Positions 29,387-38,648 of a stretch of DNA of 64,000 bases are shown here, one piece after another. The notes under the pieces are model-generated. The model saw only the letters and a program-made list of their open reading frames with translations. It was not told where the DNA came from and made no database searches. Origin of the DNA: an uncultured virus (IMG/VR IMGVR_UViG_3300003320_000433) (lineage: Duplodnaviria; Heunggongvirae; Uroviricota; Caudoviricetes); the IMG/VR virus record IMGVR_UViG_3300003320_000433; one strand, given 5' to 3'. Position numbers and translations under genes: made by a program. Numbering within the stretch: position 1 is the stretch's first letter; each line of letters begins with the position of its first letter.

Positions 29387-29666
29387 CGTTGTTCCATCCC
29401 AGCTCATTGCGCGCCACCTCAGCACGCATAACCGTTTGTGTGTAGTCCACGAGCCCCATCACACGGTGATATGGCAGCCCGCCTCCCATGGGGAGAATCA
29501 TCATGACCGAGCCCGCTGTGTCGCCCTCGTCGTCAATGGTCTGCACACCACAGAGCGTCACATACTCGGTCAGGATGCCTTGCGCACCACGGAGCCGGAG
29601 CACAGCCTCAATGGCGTGCTCCAGATCCGCGTATGCCTTCTTCTGTTCAGGCGAGAGGGGCGGCAC
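29367..29666 (-). CDS. hypothetical protein
   Basis: Overlaps neighbours in the leftward operon. Confidence 0.6.
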   Translation of the reverse strand: MPPLSPEQKKAYADLEHAIEAVLRLRGAQGILTEYVTLCGVQTIDDEGDTAGSVMMILPMGGGLPYHRVMGLVDYTQTVMRAEVARNELGWNNDDDDAG

Positions 29667-30075
29667 TGTCGTCCTCGTCGCCCACGATCGGAGCCGGGTC
29701 CGAGATAGCGTCCACAGAGACCGGAGGAGCGCTCTGCTGTCCCAGCGTGTCCATGCGCCCCACGGGAACGCCTGCCAGCGAAAGCATCTGGTCCACTCGT
29801 TCGGGGCCGGTGGCCAACTCCGCCTTCAACGCCTCACGGAGCTTCTGCGCCTCGAACAGTCCGGCCATCCGAGCGTCCATGGCCTCACGAGCTTCCTTGT
29901 AGCTGCTCAGTGGCGTCACAGGAGCAGGAACCGGCTCCACAGTCGCGCTGTCGGCCGGAGCCTCAGCAGGAGCCGTCCATCCGATGGACACCAGCCATGC
30001 GGCCGTCTTGGGTCCGACCGAGAACTCCACATCTGCCGACGTCGCCACATTGACGGCGAGGTTCGCGTCAGCCAT
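29647..30075 (-). CDS. hypothetical protein
   Basis: AAGGAGGAG RBS. Confidence 0.65.
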   Translation of the reverse strand: MADANLAVNVATSADVEFSVGPKTAAWLVSIGWTAPAEAPADSATVEPVPAPVTPLSSYKEAREAMDARMAGLFEAQKLREALKAELATGPERVDQMLSLAGVPVGRMDTLGQQSAPPVSVDAISDPAPIVGDEDDSAAPLA

Positions 30076-30436
30076 CGTTCTCCTCCTTGTCCAGCTCCTC
30101 CGGCGTCAGGCCGGGCTCTCCATGGCTCAGCTTCTCCAGGCCGCACTGGGCGTGGCGACGCGAGTAGCCAATCGTCGTCCCGTCTCCGAGCACCAGAGCG
30201 AGAGGCTTGCTGCACGCAGGACAGGGAACGCTGCGCATGATGAGGAGCTCGTTCCCCTCAGGCATGCGGAACGCCACAGCGCTCTCGATGCGCTCCCACT
30301 CCTGCGTATCTCTGTTGATGGTGTCTGCCGGCATCCCCAGCATGTTGATCTCCTCAGTGTGTCGGCACACCCAGCAGGCGCACCGTCTGTTCCCGACGCA
30401 GTGATGGCTGTCCATCCAGCAGGACGAACACGTCAT
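30068..30436 (-). CDS. Cys-rich hypothetical protein
   Basis: CSSC, CACWVC and CPAC motifs. Confidence 0.55.
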   Translation of the reverse strand: MTCSSCWMDSHHCVGNRRCACWVCRHTEEINMLGMPADTINRDTQEWERIESAVAFRMPEGNELLIMRSVPCPACSKPLALVLGDGTTIGYSRRHAQCGLEKLSHGEPGLTPEELDKEENDG

Positions 30437-30438
30437 CC

Positions 30439-30609
30439 TCAGCGGCCGACGTGCTTGCGCTCCGTCCCCTTCTTCGCGGGCCACCGGATCGCCTGTGCTG
30501 CCTGTGAGGCCCGGATCGCTGCTGCCTGCGCCTCCGCCTGCTTCCGGGTCGGATACACCTTCCCCGTCTTGCCCCATCGGTATCCACCCTTGACCTTCTC
30601 GATCGGCAT
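30439..30609 (-). CDS. small basic protein (56 aa, not in ORF track)
   Basis: MPIEKVKGGYRWGKTGKVYPTRKQAEAQAAAI; GGAGGTGA RBS. Confidence 0.65.
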   Translation of the reverse strand: MPIEKVKGGYRWGKTGKVYPTRKQAEAQAAAIRASQAAQAIRWPAKKGTERKHVGR

Positions 30610-30611
30610 GT

Positions 30612-30815
30612 TCACTCACCTCCCTGCGCCTCAATCCTACGCATTGCGTGGCCGTCCCAGGGCCACATCTCCTCTGTCCTGCTCAATGTGGCGAGCACAT
30701 CATTCAACGTCGGCGGCAGAACAGGCTCTGGAAGGCGTGGCCAGCGCCGGAGCACAAGTCGTCCTCCCAGGCGCATCCACAGATATCGCTTTCCGAAGAA
30801 CCAGACCTCCTTCAC
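30612..30815 (-). CDS. hypothetical protein
   Basis: GGAGG RBS; GTGA overlap. Confidence 0.5.
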   Translation of the reverse strand: MKEVWFFGKRYLWMRLGGRLVLRRWPRLPEPVLPPTLNDVLATLSRTEEMWPWDGHAMRRIEAQGGE

Positions 30816-31078
30816 GCCTCCACCTCCAACAGCTTCAGCAGCTCCTCGAAGTAGACCCCAGCGTCCATCCCAGACAGCAGGCCTCGCATCTCCACCACGA
30901 GCCACTGCACGCGGGCCTCCGGGTCGAATCGATAGCCCATGTTCCACAGCTGCGTAGCCATGGCCTTGAAGTCCGGTCGTGTCTGCTGCTCGCACGAGTG
31001 GCCGTCAGACGCGGCCAGCGCACCAGCCACAGTCCGCCTGAACTCCTGATAGCCCACAACCAGCTTGTCGCCACTCAT
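30812..31078 (-). CDS. hypothetical protein
   Basis: GGAGG RBS; ATGA overlap. Confidence 0.55.
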   Translation of the reverse strand: MSGDKLVVGYQEFRRTVAGALAASDGHSCEQQTRPDFKAMATQLWNMGYRFDPEARVQWLVVEMRGLLSGMDAGVYFEELLKLLEVEA

Positions 31079-31362
31079 GCCAGCTTCCTCCGCTCTCGCT
31101 GCACCCGAGAACACCCGTGCACATCCTTGCACTCCATGCGCCCGTCCCAGCGACGCATCCTGTCATCCCGCCTGATGCGCCCGCACCACGCGCACTCGTA
31201 CCTCTTGTGCTTCGATGTCGAGTCAGCCAGTGAGCAGTACCCGTTCCGATGCATCACAGCATGCACCGTGCAGTCGTGGCCGCAGCGCGGGCATCCGCCC
31301 ATCACTCCGGTCTTGCGTCTCCCTGACCACCCACACTTGCGACATCTGTGTCTCTTGCACAT
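31075..31362 (-). CDS. Cys-rich putative zinc-binding protein
   Basis: CRKC, CPRC and CAWC motifs. Confidence 0.5.
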   Translation of the reverse strand: MCKRHRCRKCGWSGRRKTGVMGGCPRCGHDCTVHAVMHRNGYCSLADSTSKHKRYECAWCGRIRRDDRMRRWDGRMECKDVHGCSRVQRERRKLA

Positions 31363-31536
31363 CTTACAACGCACCGACACCCGTCTCACGCTCCTTCCGA
31401 CCCGACCCGCGCCCCGCATTCACCCCGTAAACCGATTCTTTGGGGTCATAGCCGACCCCGTAGCCCTCTCTGAGGCCCCGGTCCCACCCACAGCGTAAAA
31501 GCTCGGCAAACGGCCATACGCTGATTCTGACCGCAG

Positions 31537-32058
31537 TCAGCTCTCGGAGCGCTTCACCACTTCACCCGCAATGACGTGGCCAGCACCGGCCGGAGCATTG
31601 CCGAAGAACTGATCCAGCAGTCGCTGCGCCTCCAGTGCATCCTGGTCTGCATTCGACACGTTGAGGTTGACAGCGATCGGCTTCTCCACACCTGTGAGCC
31701 GCATCTCGCGATCCACAAGCCGTGTCCATGCAGCGATCGCCTTCTCGTCACCCATCAGCATCTTGGGTTCGAGCCGCCGCTTCTGAAGCGAGATTTGCTC
31801 CAGCAACGTCTGACGATATGCCTCGGCCGTTTCCTCCAGCTCCGGCTTGATGCGCTCCTGTATCCACCGCCTCACAGTCTCGAACGCGAGATTGTCACCG
31901 AACTCCTCATTGACGATTTCCACAGTCTCGCGGAGCGTGTACGAATCCCGCCGCAACTCCATGGCGCGAATGGTGACCATGTCCTTGAACTCGTTGGTGA
32001 TATCCGACGGTCGTCCTGGTCGGCGCCCCTCGGTCCTTTTCGTCAACTTCCTTGCCAT
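31537..32058 (-). CDS. probable terminase small subunit / HTH protein
   Basis: GRPS, HTH-like segment, DREMRLTGVEKP; first gene of the virion arm. Confidence 0.65.
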   Translation of the reverse strand: MARKLTKRTEGRRPGRPSDITNEFKDMVTIRAMELRRDSYTLRETVEIVNEEFGDNLAFETVRRWIQERIKPELEETAEAYRQTLLEQISLQKRRLEPKMLMGDEKAIAAWTRLVDREMRLTGVEKPIAVNLNVSNADQDALEAQRLLDQFFGNAPAGAGHVIAGEVVKRSES

Positions 32059-32631
32059 TACACAGCACCTCGACTTTTTGTATAGGCCACCTGTATACCC
32101 TACCTCGCAGCGACTCGTTTACGCTCTCCACACACCACGCACCCATCCGACGGATGAATTTCCGATGTTCCTCCGATGCCGGCATCTCATCCGTCATACC
32201 TTCTACCTGCTCTTCTTTCCCTTTACCTCTTATGATCGGATGAATCAATGAAAACCCCCGGGATAGAGACCCTATGTAAATACACCCTTACGCCTCCATA
32301 AATAGCCCTTGAACGCCTCACACCCGTGTAACATACGTAGGAGCCGTAAGGGCGTAGAAATAGGGCGCGCATCCGTTCATCGGCCGTCATCAACCGTTTC
32401 CGCAGGTAGCCAATGATTTCCCATCGGAGCCCACGCATCCGCCCTCCAGCACCAGATCGACCATTTCGACCCATTTTCCACAGCCATCCACATGAACGCC
32501 TACGAGCCGTTACCCATTTCTTCCACATTCCATCTCGACATTCCAACCCCATCGAACGGCCCCGTACCGTTTGAGGTAAGGTTGACCCCGTAAGCTTGAA
32601 CGGCCCGACCCCGTCGAACAGGAGACGACAA

Positions 32632-33033
32632 ATGGGTATGAAGACCGCCAACGACGATGTGTACAGCCGCATCAAGTCAGGATCCAGCCTTATCGCTGCG
32701 GGTGTCCGCCTGCGTAAGCCCGAGATGGAGGCCAAGGGGCGCGCGGCCTATGCCGAGGCGATCATCGAGAACGCCGTACGGCTGTATGGCGAGCACCTGA
32801 CCGCCAACGCTCTGGTCCGCATCACCAACCTCATGTACGACGCGCAGCCCTCCGACACCAACAACGCCGACGACGACGCCACAGCGGACGCCGAGGAGAC
32901 CGGCCAGGAACTCGACGACTTGGCCTCCGAGCTCCACGACCTGCGCGAGACCGTCACCCCGGCTTCCGTCCTCGCGGCCGACCCCGCGCTCGACGAGGAC
33001 CCGGACGACGAGTTCGAGTACGACGAGGACTAG
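32632..33033 (+). CDS. hypothetical protein with acidic C-terminus
   Basis: AGGAG RBS; first gene of the rightward arm. Confidence 0.7.
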   Translation: MGMKTANDDVYSRIKSGSSLIAAGVRLRKPEMEAKGRAAYAEAIIENAVRLYGEHLTANALVRITNLMYDAQPSDTNNADDDATADAEETGQELDDLASELHDLRETVTPASVLAADPALDEDPDDEFEYDED

Positions 33034-33086
33034 CGACTAGCTCCGCAACGCAACACATCTACACCGAGCACGAACGGAGCATTCAA

Positions 33087-35654
33087 TTGGCCACACGGCC
33101 GACCAACGCACAGAGGGCCAAGTACAGGCCTGAACCCAAGCCCACGGACTTGTGCCAGTGCACGATGGCAGACGCTCGCCTCAAGAACTCCAAGGCGAAG
33201 GTCACGCATCAGTTCCCGTATCACGACGCGGACGGCATTCGTCTCTTCAGTCGGTTCCGTTTCGAGATTCCCCCGAACGAGACCCACTCTGACGGCGACA
33301 AGACGTATCGCTATTGCCAGCACTACGACCGGACCAGTCAGCAGCACATCGCTCTGCCGTACGGTCTGCCTCGGCTGCTGGAGGCCGTCCGCACCCAAGC
33401 GCCACGGATTTATCTGGTTGAGGGCGAGAAGGACTGCGAGGCCATCTGGGAGGAGGCCAACGAGTACGCCACGACCACGCATCTGGGCACTCGGTTCCCG
33501 TCTGAGACGGCTGCATACTTCGCCGGATACCAGCGCGAAGTCATCAACGTCATGGACAAGGACCAGTCCGACCCGGAGCACATGGAGCGGCTCAATCACG
33601 AGGATCCTGCCAAGAGGCGCGACCTCCCTGGGGCCGTGTCGGCGCTCCGGCGCTGGCGAGCGCTCCGCAAGGTCGGCGTGACGCGCGTGCCGTTCATGCA
33701 GGTGCTGTTCGGCAAGGACCCGGACGACCTGCTCAAGAAGAGCAAGCGCAAGCGGTCCATCGAGGACATGAAGCGCATCAAGCTCGACCAGATCAAGGCG
33801 TGGGCTCCCAGGGAGGCCGAGAACAGGCGCTCCACGACCTTGCAGCTGTCGGCCTCAGACTTGCCTGAGGGACCGGCGATGCGGCGCTTCTGCGAGGCTC
33901 TGGAGGCCAAGGGGCACCTCCTGGAGAAGATCGGGCCGACCCGGTACAAGACCAACTGCCCGCATCCGGACCACGACGACCACAACCCCAGCTTCGAGTT
34001 CGAGCAGGGCCAGAAGTCCAAGGTGGTTGGGTGGTGCGAGAGCGCGGAATGCACGCGTGGCCCGAAGGACGACCCGACGGCCGGTTGGAAGGCCATCTGC
34101 AAGTATCTGGGGCTTCCGCTGGCAGCGCTGCGAGACGACTGGGATCCGGACAAGCGACGTAGGGCCAAGGCGGACACGCCGGATAAGCCGAGCGACGGCG
34201 ATACGTACTGCCCGGACGCGGCCGACCCGATGGAGGTGGCTCGCCACATCCAGGATGAGTGGGTCAACAAGGAAGACGGATCGGTCGGCTTCATCTACGC
34301 CAACGAGGACACGTGGCTGTACCGGGGCACGCACTGGGAGTCGGTCCTCGACGGCACGATCAGATCCAAGCTGTACCACCGCATGGACAACGAGATGACG
34401 CTCAAGCTCCAGACTGTGGACGGCCAGCCGTCCTGGGTGCCAGTTCGCTGGGCTCCTGCCCCAGCCAAGATCGGCGCTCTGCTGGAGTCTGTGCGAGCCA
34501 TCAACTCGCGAGACAGTCTGCCGGACCCCAACACATGGCAGGGACCGCCCGAGCACGACACCAAGCACGTGGCGATGGTGAACGGTATCTTCGACATCGA
34601 GCGGAAGGAGATGCGGCCGCACACGCCACGCTACTTCAACACGTGGTCGCTCCCGTTCGAGTATGACCCGGATGCGCAGTGTCCGCAGTGGCTGGCGTTC
34701 CTGGACGACGTGTTCGAGAACGACCCGGAGTCCATTCGCACGCTTCGACAGTTCCTGGGCTACTTCATCTCTGGGCGCACCGACATGGAGAAGATCCTGG
34801 CGCTCATCGGTCCAAGCCGCTCAGGCAAGGGCACCATCGCAGAGATGATCGACGCGCTCATGGGTCCCAGCAGCGTCGCGGCGTTCACGCTCAAGTCGCT
34901 GGCTGGTGACTTCGGCCTCCAACCGCTCGTGGGCAAGTCCGTGATGATCGCAGCCGACTCTCGCAGCGCAATGAAGGCCGACGAAATGCAGATCGCCATC
35001 GAGCGGCTGCTCAGCCTGTCGGCCAACGACAAGCTGACCATCAACCGGAAGAACCAGCGACAGATCGACATGAAGCTCGGCGTGCGACCGGTCATCATGT
35101 CGAACGAACTGCCGGCATTCATGGACTCGTCCAACGCCATCAACCAGCGCATGGTCATGCTCAAGATGCGCAAGTCGTACGTAGGTCGCGAGGACCACAC
35201 GCTCAAGGCGCGGCTCATGAAGGAGGTCCAGGGCGTGTTCAACTGGGCCCTAGGCGGCCTGGACGACCTCAACAAGACCGGCAAGCTGCTCCAGCCCGCA
35301 TCTGCCCAGAACTACATCGACACGCTGGACGAGGGTGCGAGCCCGCACGAGCAGTTCCTGGCTCTGCACTGCGAGATCGGCGAGCCGGGCGACGAGGAGT
35401 TCTGGTGCTACCACCCGGAGCTCGTGCAGCTCTGGAAGTCGTACTGCGACCAGAACGACATGAAGCCGGGCAACCCCAACTGGCTTCCACGCAAGCTCGC
35501 TCCGATCGTGACCCGGCTCGGAGGCGAGATGGACAAGGGCTGGCACACCGATGAGAAGGGAAGCCAGTTCCGTACCATCACCGGCATCCGCATCAAGGAG
35601 TCAGCGCCCGGTCCGAAAGAGAAGGGGCTGAGCCTTCAGGTGGACAAGGGATGA
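33087..35654 (+). CDS. DNA primase-helicase (TOPRIM + Zn finger + D5/P4-type SF3 helicase)
   Basis: LVEGEKD, KDPDD, CPHPDHDDHNPS, CPQWLAFL, GPSRSGKGT, MSNELP. Confidence 0.9.
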   Translation: MATRPTNAQRAKYRPEPKPTDLCQCTMADARLKNSKAKVTHQFPYHDADGIRLFSRFRFEIPPNETHSDGDKTYRYCQHYDRTSQQHIALPYGLPRLLEAVRTQAPRIYLVEGEKDCEAIWEEANEYATTTHLGTRFPSETAAYFAGYQREVINVMDKDQSDPEHMERLNHEDPAKRRDLPGAVSALRRWRALRKVGVTRVPFMQVLFGKDPDDLLKKSKRKRSIEDMKRIKLDQIKAWAPREAENRRSTTLQLSASDLPEGPAMRRFCEALEAKGHLLEKIGPTRYKTNCPHPDHDDHNPSFEFEQGQKSKVVGWCESAECTRGPKDDPTAGWKAICKYLGLPLAALRDDWDPDKRRRAKADTPDKPSDGDTYCPDAADPMEVARHIQDEWVNKEDGSVGFIYANEDTWLYRGTHWESVLDGTIRSKLYHRMDNEMTLKLQTVDGQPSWVPVRWAPAPAKIGALLESVRAINSRDSLPDPNTWQGPPEHDTKHVAMVNGIFDIERKEMRPHTPRYFNTWSLPFEYDPDAQCPQWLAFLDDVFENDPESIRTLRQFLGYFISGRTDMEKILALIGPSRSGKGTIAEMIDALMGPSSVAAFTLKSLAGDFGLQPLVGKSVMIAADSRSAMKADEMQIAIERLLSLSANDKLTINRKNQRQIDMKLGVRPVIMSNELPAFMDSSNAINQRMVMLKMRKSYVGREDHTLKARLMKEVQGVFNWALGGLDDLNKTGKLLQPASAQNYIDTLDEGASPHEQFLALHCEIGEPGDEEFWCYHPELVQLWKSYCDQNDMKPGNPNWLPRKLAPIVTRLGGEMDKGWHTDEKGSQFRTITGIRIKESAPGPKEKGLSLQVDKG

Positions 35655-35929
35655 GCGGCGTTATCGGCCCAAGCAGCGATGATGTAGATGCCATGTTCGA
35701 CCTGAAATTCGAGGTCAGTAGATATGGCAACGTTCCCCTTTCGGTGGCATCTGGAATCTGGAGCCAATATTGCACCGAGACAGGGGTCGAGAGAGGGAGC
35801 GCGCTGAAGTTCATTGAGCATTTCTGTGCATCTGCAAGGAAGCGCAATCCGAAGGCTAGGCGATATGGATTCTCGAAGGTCGTCGGAGTCGCAGTGCGCG
35901 TGGTGCCCGTGGGACTGTCCGAGTCCTGA
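35651..35929 (+). CDS. hypothetical protein
   Basis: ATGA overlap with the primase stop. Confidence 0.5.
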   Translation: MSGVIGPSSDDVDAMFDLKFEVSRYGNVPLSVASGIWSQYCTETGVERGSALKFIEHFCASARKRNPKARRYGFSKVVGVAVRVVPVGLSES

Positions 35930-36074
35930 GACGGCTGCATGCCAGCAAGGTGCCAGGCCGGTGCCCCAGGTGCTGGCAGGGGTTTGCGATGCGGCCTGGC
36001 AGGGTACGCGCCGGACAAGGGGCACACAGGACGTGATACGCGACCTGTCCGACTATGCAGAGGAAGAGGACCGA

Positions 36075-36473
36075 GTGACGCTCGTCCTGACGCGGGAGCT
36101 CCACGATTCCATCGTGGCGCACGCCCGCAGCGAGGCACCGTTGGAAGCCTGCGGAGTGCTCACGGCTCCGATGGGCGCCAACCGGCCGCACACGTTCATC
36201 CCGATGGTCAACGCCTCGCAGTCCGACAGGTTCTACGAGTTCGACACGGACGAGCTCTTGTCGCTGCACCGCCACATGGAAGCGCGTGGCGAGGACATCA
36301 TCGCGATCTACCACTCGCACACGGCCACGGAGGCGATCCCTTCGGGCGTGGACATGCGGATGGCACAGAGCGGCATCCACTACATCATCACATCGACGCT
36401 CGACGGCTCCGTTCGCTCGTTCGTCAAGGGCGAGGACGGCAGCATGACCGAAGAGGAAGTGCGCGTAACGTGA
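36075..36473 (+). CDS. JAB/MPN+ metallopeptidase, Mec+ (CysO-cysteine peptidase)-like
   Basis: PLEACGVL and IYHSHTATEAIPSGVD form a complete JAMM motif. Confidence 0.9.
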   Translation: MTLVLTRELHDSIVAHARSEAPLEACGVLTAPMGANRPHTFIPMVNASQSDRFYEFDTDELLSLHRHMEARGEDIIAIYHSHTATEAIPSGVDMRMAQSGIHYIITSTLDGSVRSFVKGEDGSMTEEEVRVT

Positions 36474-36514
36474 GCGAGGCTGTATACGGCCAACTGCAGA
36501 GGCCATATGCACAT

Positions 36515-36534
36515 CGCATCCGTTAAAGCCCATC
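36515..36534 (+). repeat. 20-bp intergenic direct repeat, copy 1
   Basis: CGCATCCGTTAAAGCCCATC, identical at 38496-38515. Confidence 0.85.
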
Positions 36535-36742
36535 CAGAGGCCGGCATGTGCAGGCGGCCATATGCACAGGAAGGAACATCAAATGCTCGAAGCGCTCTGC
36601 TACGCAGCGGCGTTCATCCTGTTCACTCTGGCCGCCGTGCTCCCGCCGACCCCGCGCCATCACACGCTCACCAACGCCGGACTGGCCCTGGCCGTCCTGC
36701 CGAGCGCAGTGCACGCCTTCCAGGCGTAACCCCAAGAACGGC

Positions 36743-36778
36743 GAGAGCCCGCCTCCTCGGTCCAGGAGACGGGCTCTC
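36743..36778. terminator. hairpin terminator
   Basis: GAGAGCCCGCCTCCT...AGGAGACGGGCTCTC just past the stop at 36791. Confidence 0.7.
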
Positions 36779-36790
36779 GTCTTATGCAGA

Positions 36791-36994
36791 TCAGCCCCAG
36801 GCCATCGCCCGACGCTCGTCCTCTTCGACCTCCCAGCGGTACTGGTCGTTGGTCTCCAGGTGGCGCTCGTACGCCATCTCTGCGTCGTACTCGGCCTGCG
36901 CATCGCGCATCTCGTACAGCTCACGAGCCGTGAGGAGCTCGGGGTCCCAGAAGATCGGGAGAGGGAAGTTGCGGATCTTGGTGGTCTTGCGCAT
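36791..36994 (-). CDS. hypothetical protein
   Basis: GAGTCCCCAAGGAGG leader and own promoter. Confidence 0.75.
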   Translation of the reverse strand: MRKTTKIRNFPLPIFWDPELLTARELYEMRDAQAEYDAEMAYERHLETNDQYRWEVEEDERRAMAWG

Positions 36995-37017
36995 CTGGTC
37001 CTCCTTGGGGACTCGGC

Positions 37018-37058
37018 CTTACAACAAGAACTATACTCCAGTCGGGCTGGAGGCGCTA
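37018..37058 (-). promoter_or_regulatory. conserved phage promoter
   Basis: TAGCGC-17-TATAGT-7-GTAAG. Confidence 0.75.
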
Positions 37059-37081
37059 CCCTCCAGCCCGGCCAGGTTCCG

Positions 37082-37282
37082 TTATGCAGGCTGGAAGCCG
37101 GCATCCAGGATGCACTGCGCGTGGCCCGGCAGCGACACCTTGCGCTGCGGGTCGTAGTATTCGGTCGACTCCGCGTCCGCCATCTCGCCGCAGAGGCTGC
37201 AGCAGTCGGGGCACTCGGTCGGCTGCGAACCGTCAACCGGGCAGTAGAGCCGGGCTCCGCACTGGAAGCAGGTCTCGTCCAT
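37082..37282 (-). CDS. small Cys-rich protein
   Basis: CFQC, CPDC, CSLC, HAQC; GAGTCCCCAAGGAGG leader. Confidence 0.7.
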   Translation of the reverse strand: MDETCFQCGARLYCPVDGSQPTECPDCCSLCGEMADAESTEYYDPQRKVSLPGHAQCILDAGFQPA

Positions 37283-37303
37283 TTCGTCCTCCTTGGGGAC
37301 TCG

Positions 37304-37344
37304 CTTACAGTAAGAACTATACCTCATCTGCACACGAAAGGCAA
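37304..37344 (-). promoter_or_regulatory. conserved phage promoter
   Basis: TTGCCT-17-TATAGT-7-GTAAG. Confidence 0.75.
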
Positions 37345-37357
37345 CACCAAACTGCAG

Positions 37358-37386
37358 TTGCTTTCCATCTGGACATGGCGTATAGT
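37358..37386 (+). promoter_or_regulatory. conserved phage promoter (divergent partner)
   Basis: TTGCTT-17-TATAGT. Confidence 0.7.
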
Positions 37387-37417
37387 TGACGTAGTCAACG
37401 ACCCCAAGGAGGTCCAA

Positions 37418-37594
37418 ATGTCTGCTCCCGTCTTCGTCCCGGTCTACGCCCTCTACGTTCGGCTTACGCTGCTTGCGGCGGAGCGTGTGGCTGCGTGCCC
37501 GGACTGCGCCGCGCTCCCGCCGTTCCGCTACTGCCTGTCCCACGTCTGCCTGGACTGCGGCCGCATGGCCCACCCCCACGGCTTCGGCTGCTAG
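37418..37594 (+). CDS. small Cys-rich protein
   Basis: CCCCAAGGAGG RBS; CPDC and CLDC; hairpin follows. Confidence 0.65.
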   Translation: MSAPVFVPVYALYVRLTLLAAERVAACPDCAALPPFRYCLSHVCLDCGRMAHPHGFGC

Positions 37595-37749
37595 CGCCAA
37601 CCGTGCGCCCCGGTCTCCGGACCGGGGCGTGCCGGCATGTCCAAAGAATCTTGCGCGAGGGGTAGTGCCGGCATGTGGACATGGAGTAGACTTGGTTTGA
37701 TGCCCAAAATCCAGTTGGCAAAGATCTTCAAGAAAGTTGCACTGCAGAG

Positions 37750-37790
37750 TAGCCAGCGGTGTGCAGATGGAGTATAGTTCTTCTTGTAAG
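37750..37790 (+). promoter_or_regulatory. conserved phage promoter
   Basis: TAGCCA-17-TATAGT-7-GTAAG. Confidence 0.75.
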
Positions 37791-37817
37791 GAACAAGGAG
37801 CCCCAAGGAGGCCCAGG

Positions 37818-38048
37818 ATGACCAGCTACAAGATCTTCGAACTGACCGCCACCACCCCGAGCGGAACCGAGCGCTTCAAGATTCGCGCGACCTCCAGCGC
37901 TCAGGCCCAGGGCATCGCGGACGCGCAGATCGCAGATGCGGGTCGCGCCCCGGTCCGCACCTGGACGGTCAACGAGGTCCGCACCGCCTGCTTCAGCCAC
38001 GAGGGCTGCGACGGTGCCGACGACACGCACCGCGCGCTCGGCCTGTAA
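37818..38048 (+). CDS. hypothetical protein
   Basis: CCCCAAGGAGG RBS. Confidence 0.7.
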   Translation: MTSYKIFELTATTPSGTERFKIRATSSAQAQGIADAQIADAGRAPVRTWTVNEVRTACFSHEGCDGADDTHRALGL

Positions 38049-38075
38049 CAATCTTCAGAAAGTCGGCCTGCAGGG

Positions 38076-38117
38076 TAGCGCCTGCAGGCCGGCATGGAGT
38101 ATAGTTACTCCTGTAAG
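38076..38117 (+). promoter_or_regulatory. conserved phage promoter
   Basis: TAGCGC-18-TATAGT-7-GTAAG. Confidence 0.75.
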
Positions 38118-38138
38118 CAAGAGCCCCAAGGAGGCCAA

Positions 38139-38411
38139 GTGTACGACGCTGAGAACACCAACGAGGACCTGCTCAACAAGGTCCGCGCGACCATCGAGGA
38201 GCCCGCCACCCTGGAGGCGACCGGCCGAGTCCGTGGCCAGTGGCACGAGGTGGTCGAGACGCCGCTCCTGGGCGATGAGGCCTACGCCTACTGGGTCGCC
38301 GAGGACGATGTCAACGCCGTGGGCTACAAGCTGGTCGAGGTGGCCAGCAGCGATCCGGACGCGACCGACCTGGACTACGCCCACCTGACCCAGACCGACG
38401 GCGAGGGCTGA
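38139..38411 (+). CDS. hypothetical acidic protein
   Basis: CCCCAAGGAGG RBS, GTG start. Confidence 0.7.
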   Translation: MYDAENTNEDLLNKVRATIEEPATLEATGRVRGQWHEVVETPLLGDEAYAYWVAEDDVNAVGYKLVEVASSDPDATDLDYAHLTQTDGEG

Positions 38412-38418
38412 ACCCCGC

Positions 38419-38453
38419 GAGCCCCGCTTCTCCACACAGGAGGAGCGGGGCTC
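38419..38453 (+). terminator. hairpin terminator
   Basis: GAGCCCCGCTTCTCC...GGAGGAGCGGGGCTC. Confidence 0.65.
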
Positions 38454-38495
38454 CTGCATGTGCAGGCGGCTGTCTGCCGGCTCCAGGCGCACCGG

Positions 38496-38515
38496 CGCAT
38501 CCGTTAAAGCCCATC
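38496..38515 (+). repeat. 20-bp intergenic direct repeat, copy 2
   Basis: Identical to 36515-36534. Confidence 0.85.
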
Positions 38516-38576
38516 ACCACTCCAGAGGCCGGCAAATCAGCCTCTGCACAAATCCAAAGAAAGTTGCTGTGCAGAG

Positions 38577-38618
38577 TAGCCAACTCATGTCGACATGGGG
38601 TATAGTTACTCTCGTAAG
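38577..38618 (+). promoter_or_regulatory. conserved phage promoter
   Basis: TAGCCA-18-TATAGT-7-GTAAG. Confidence 0.75.
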
Positions 38619-38648
38619 GCAGGGAACGAAGCCCCGAGGAGGCACCCA

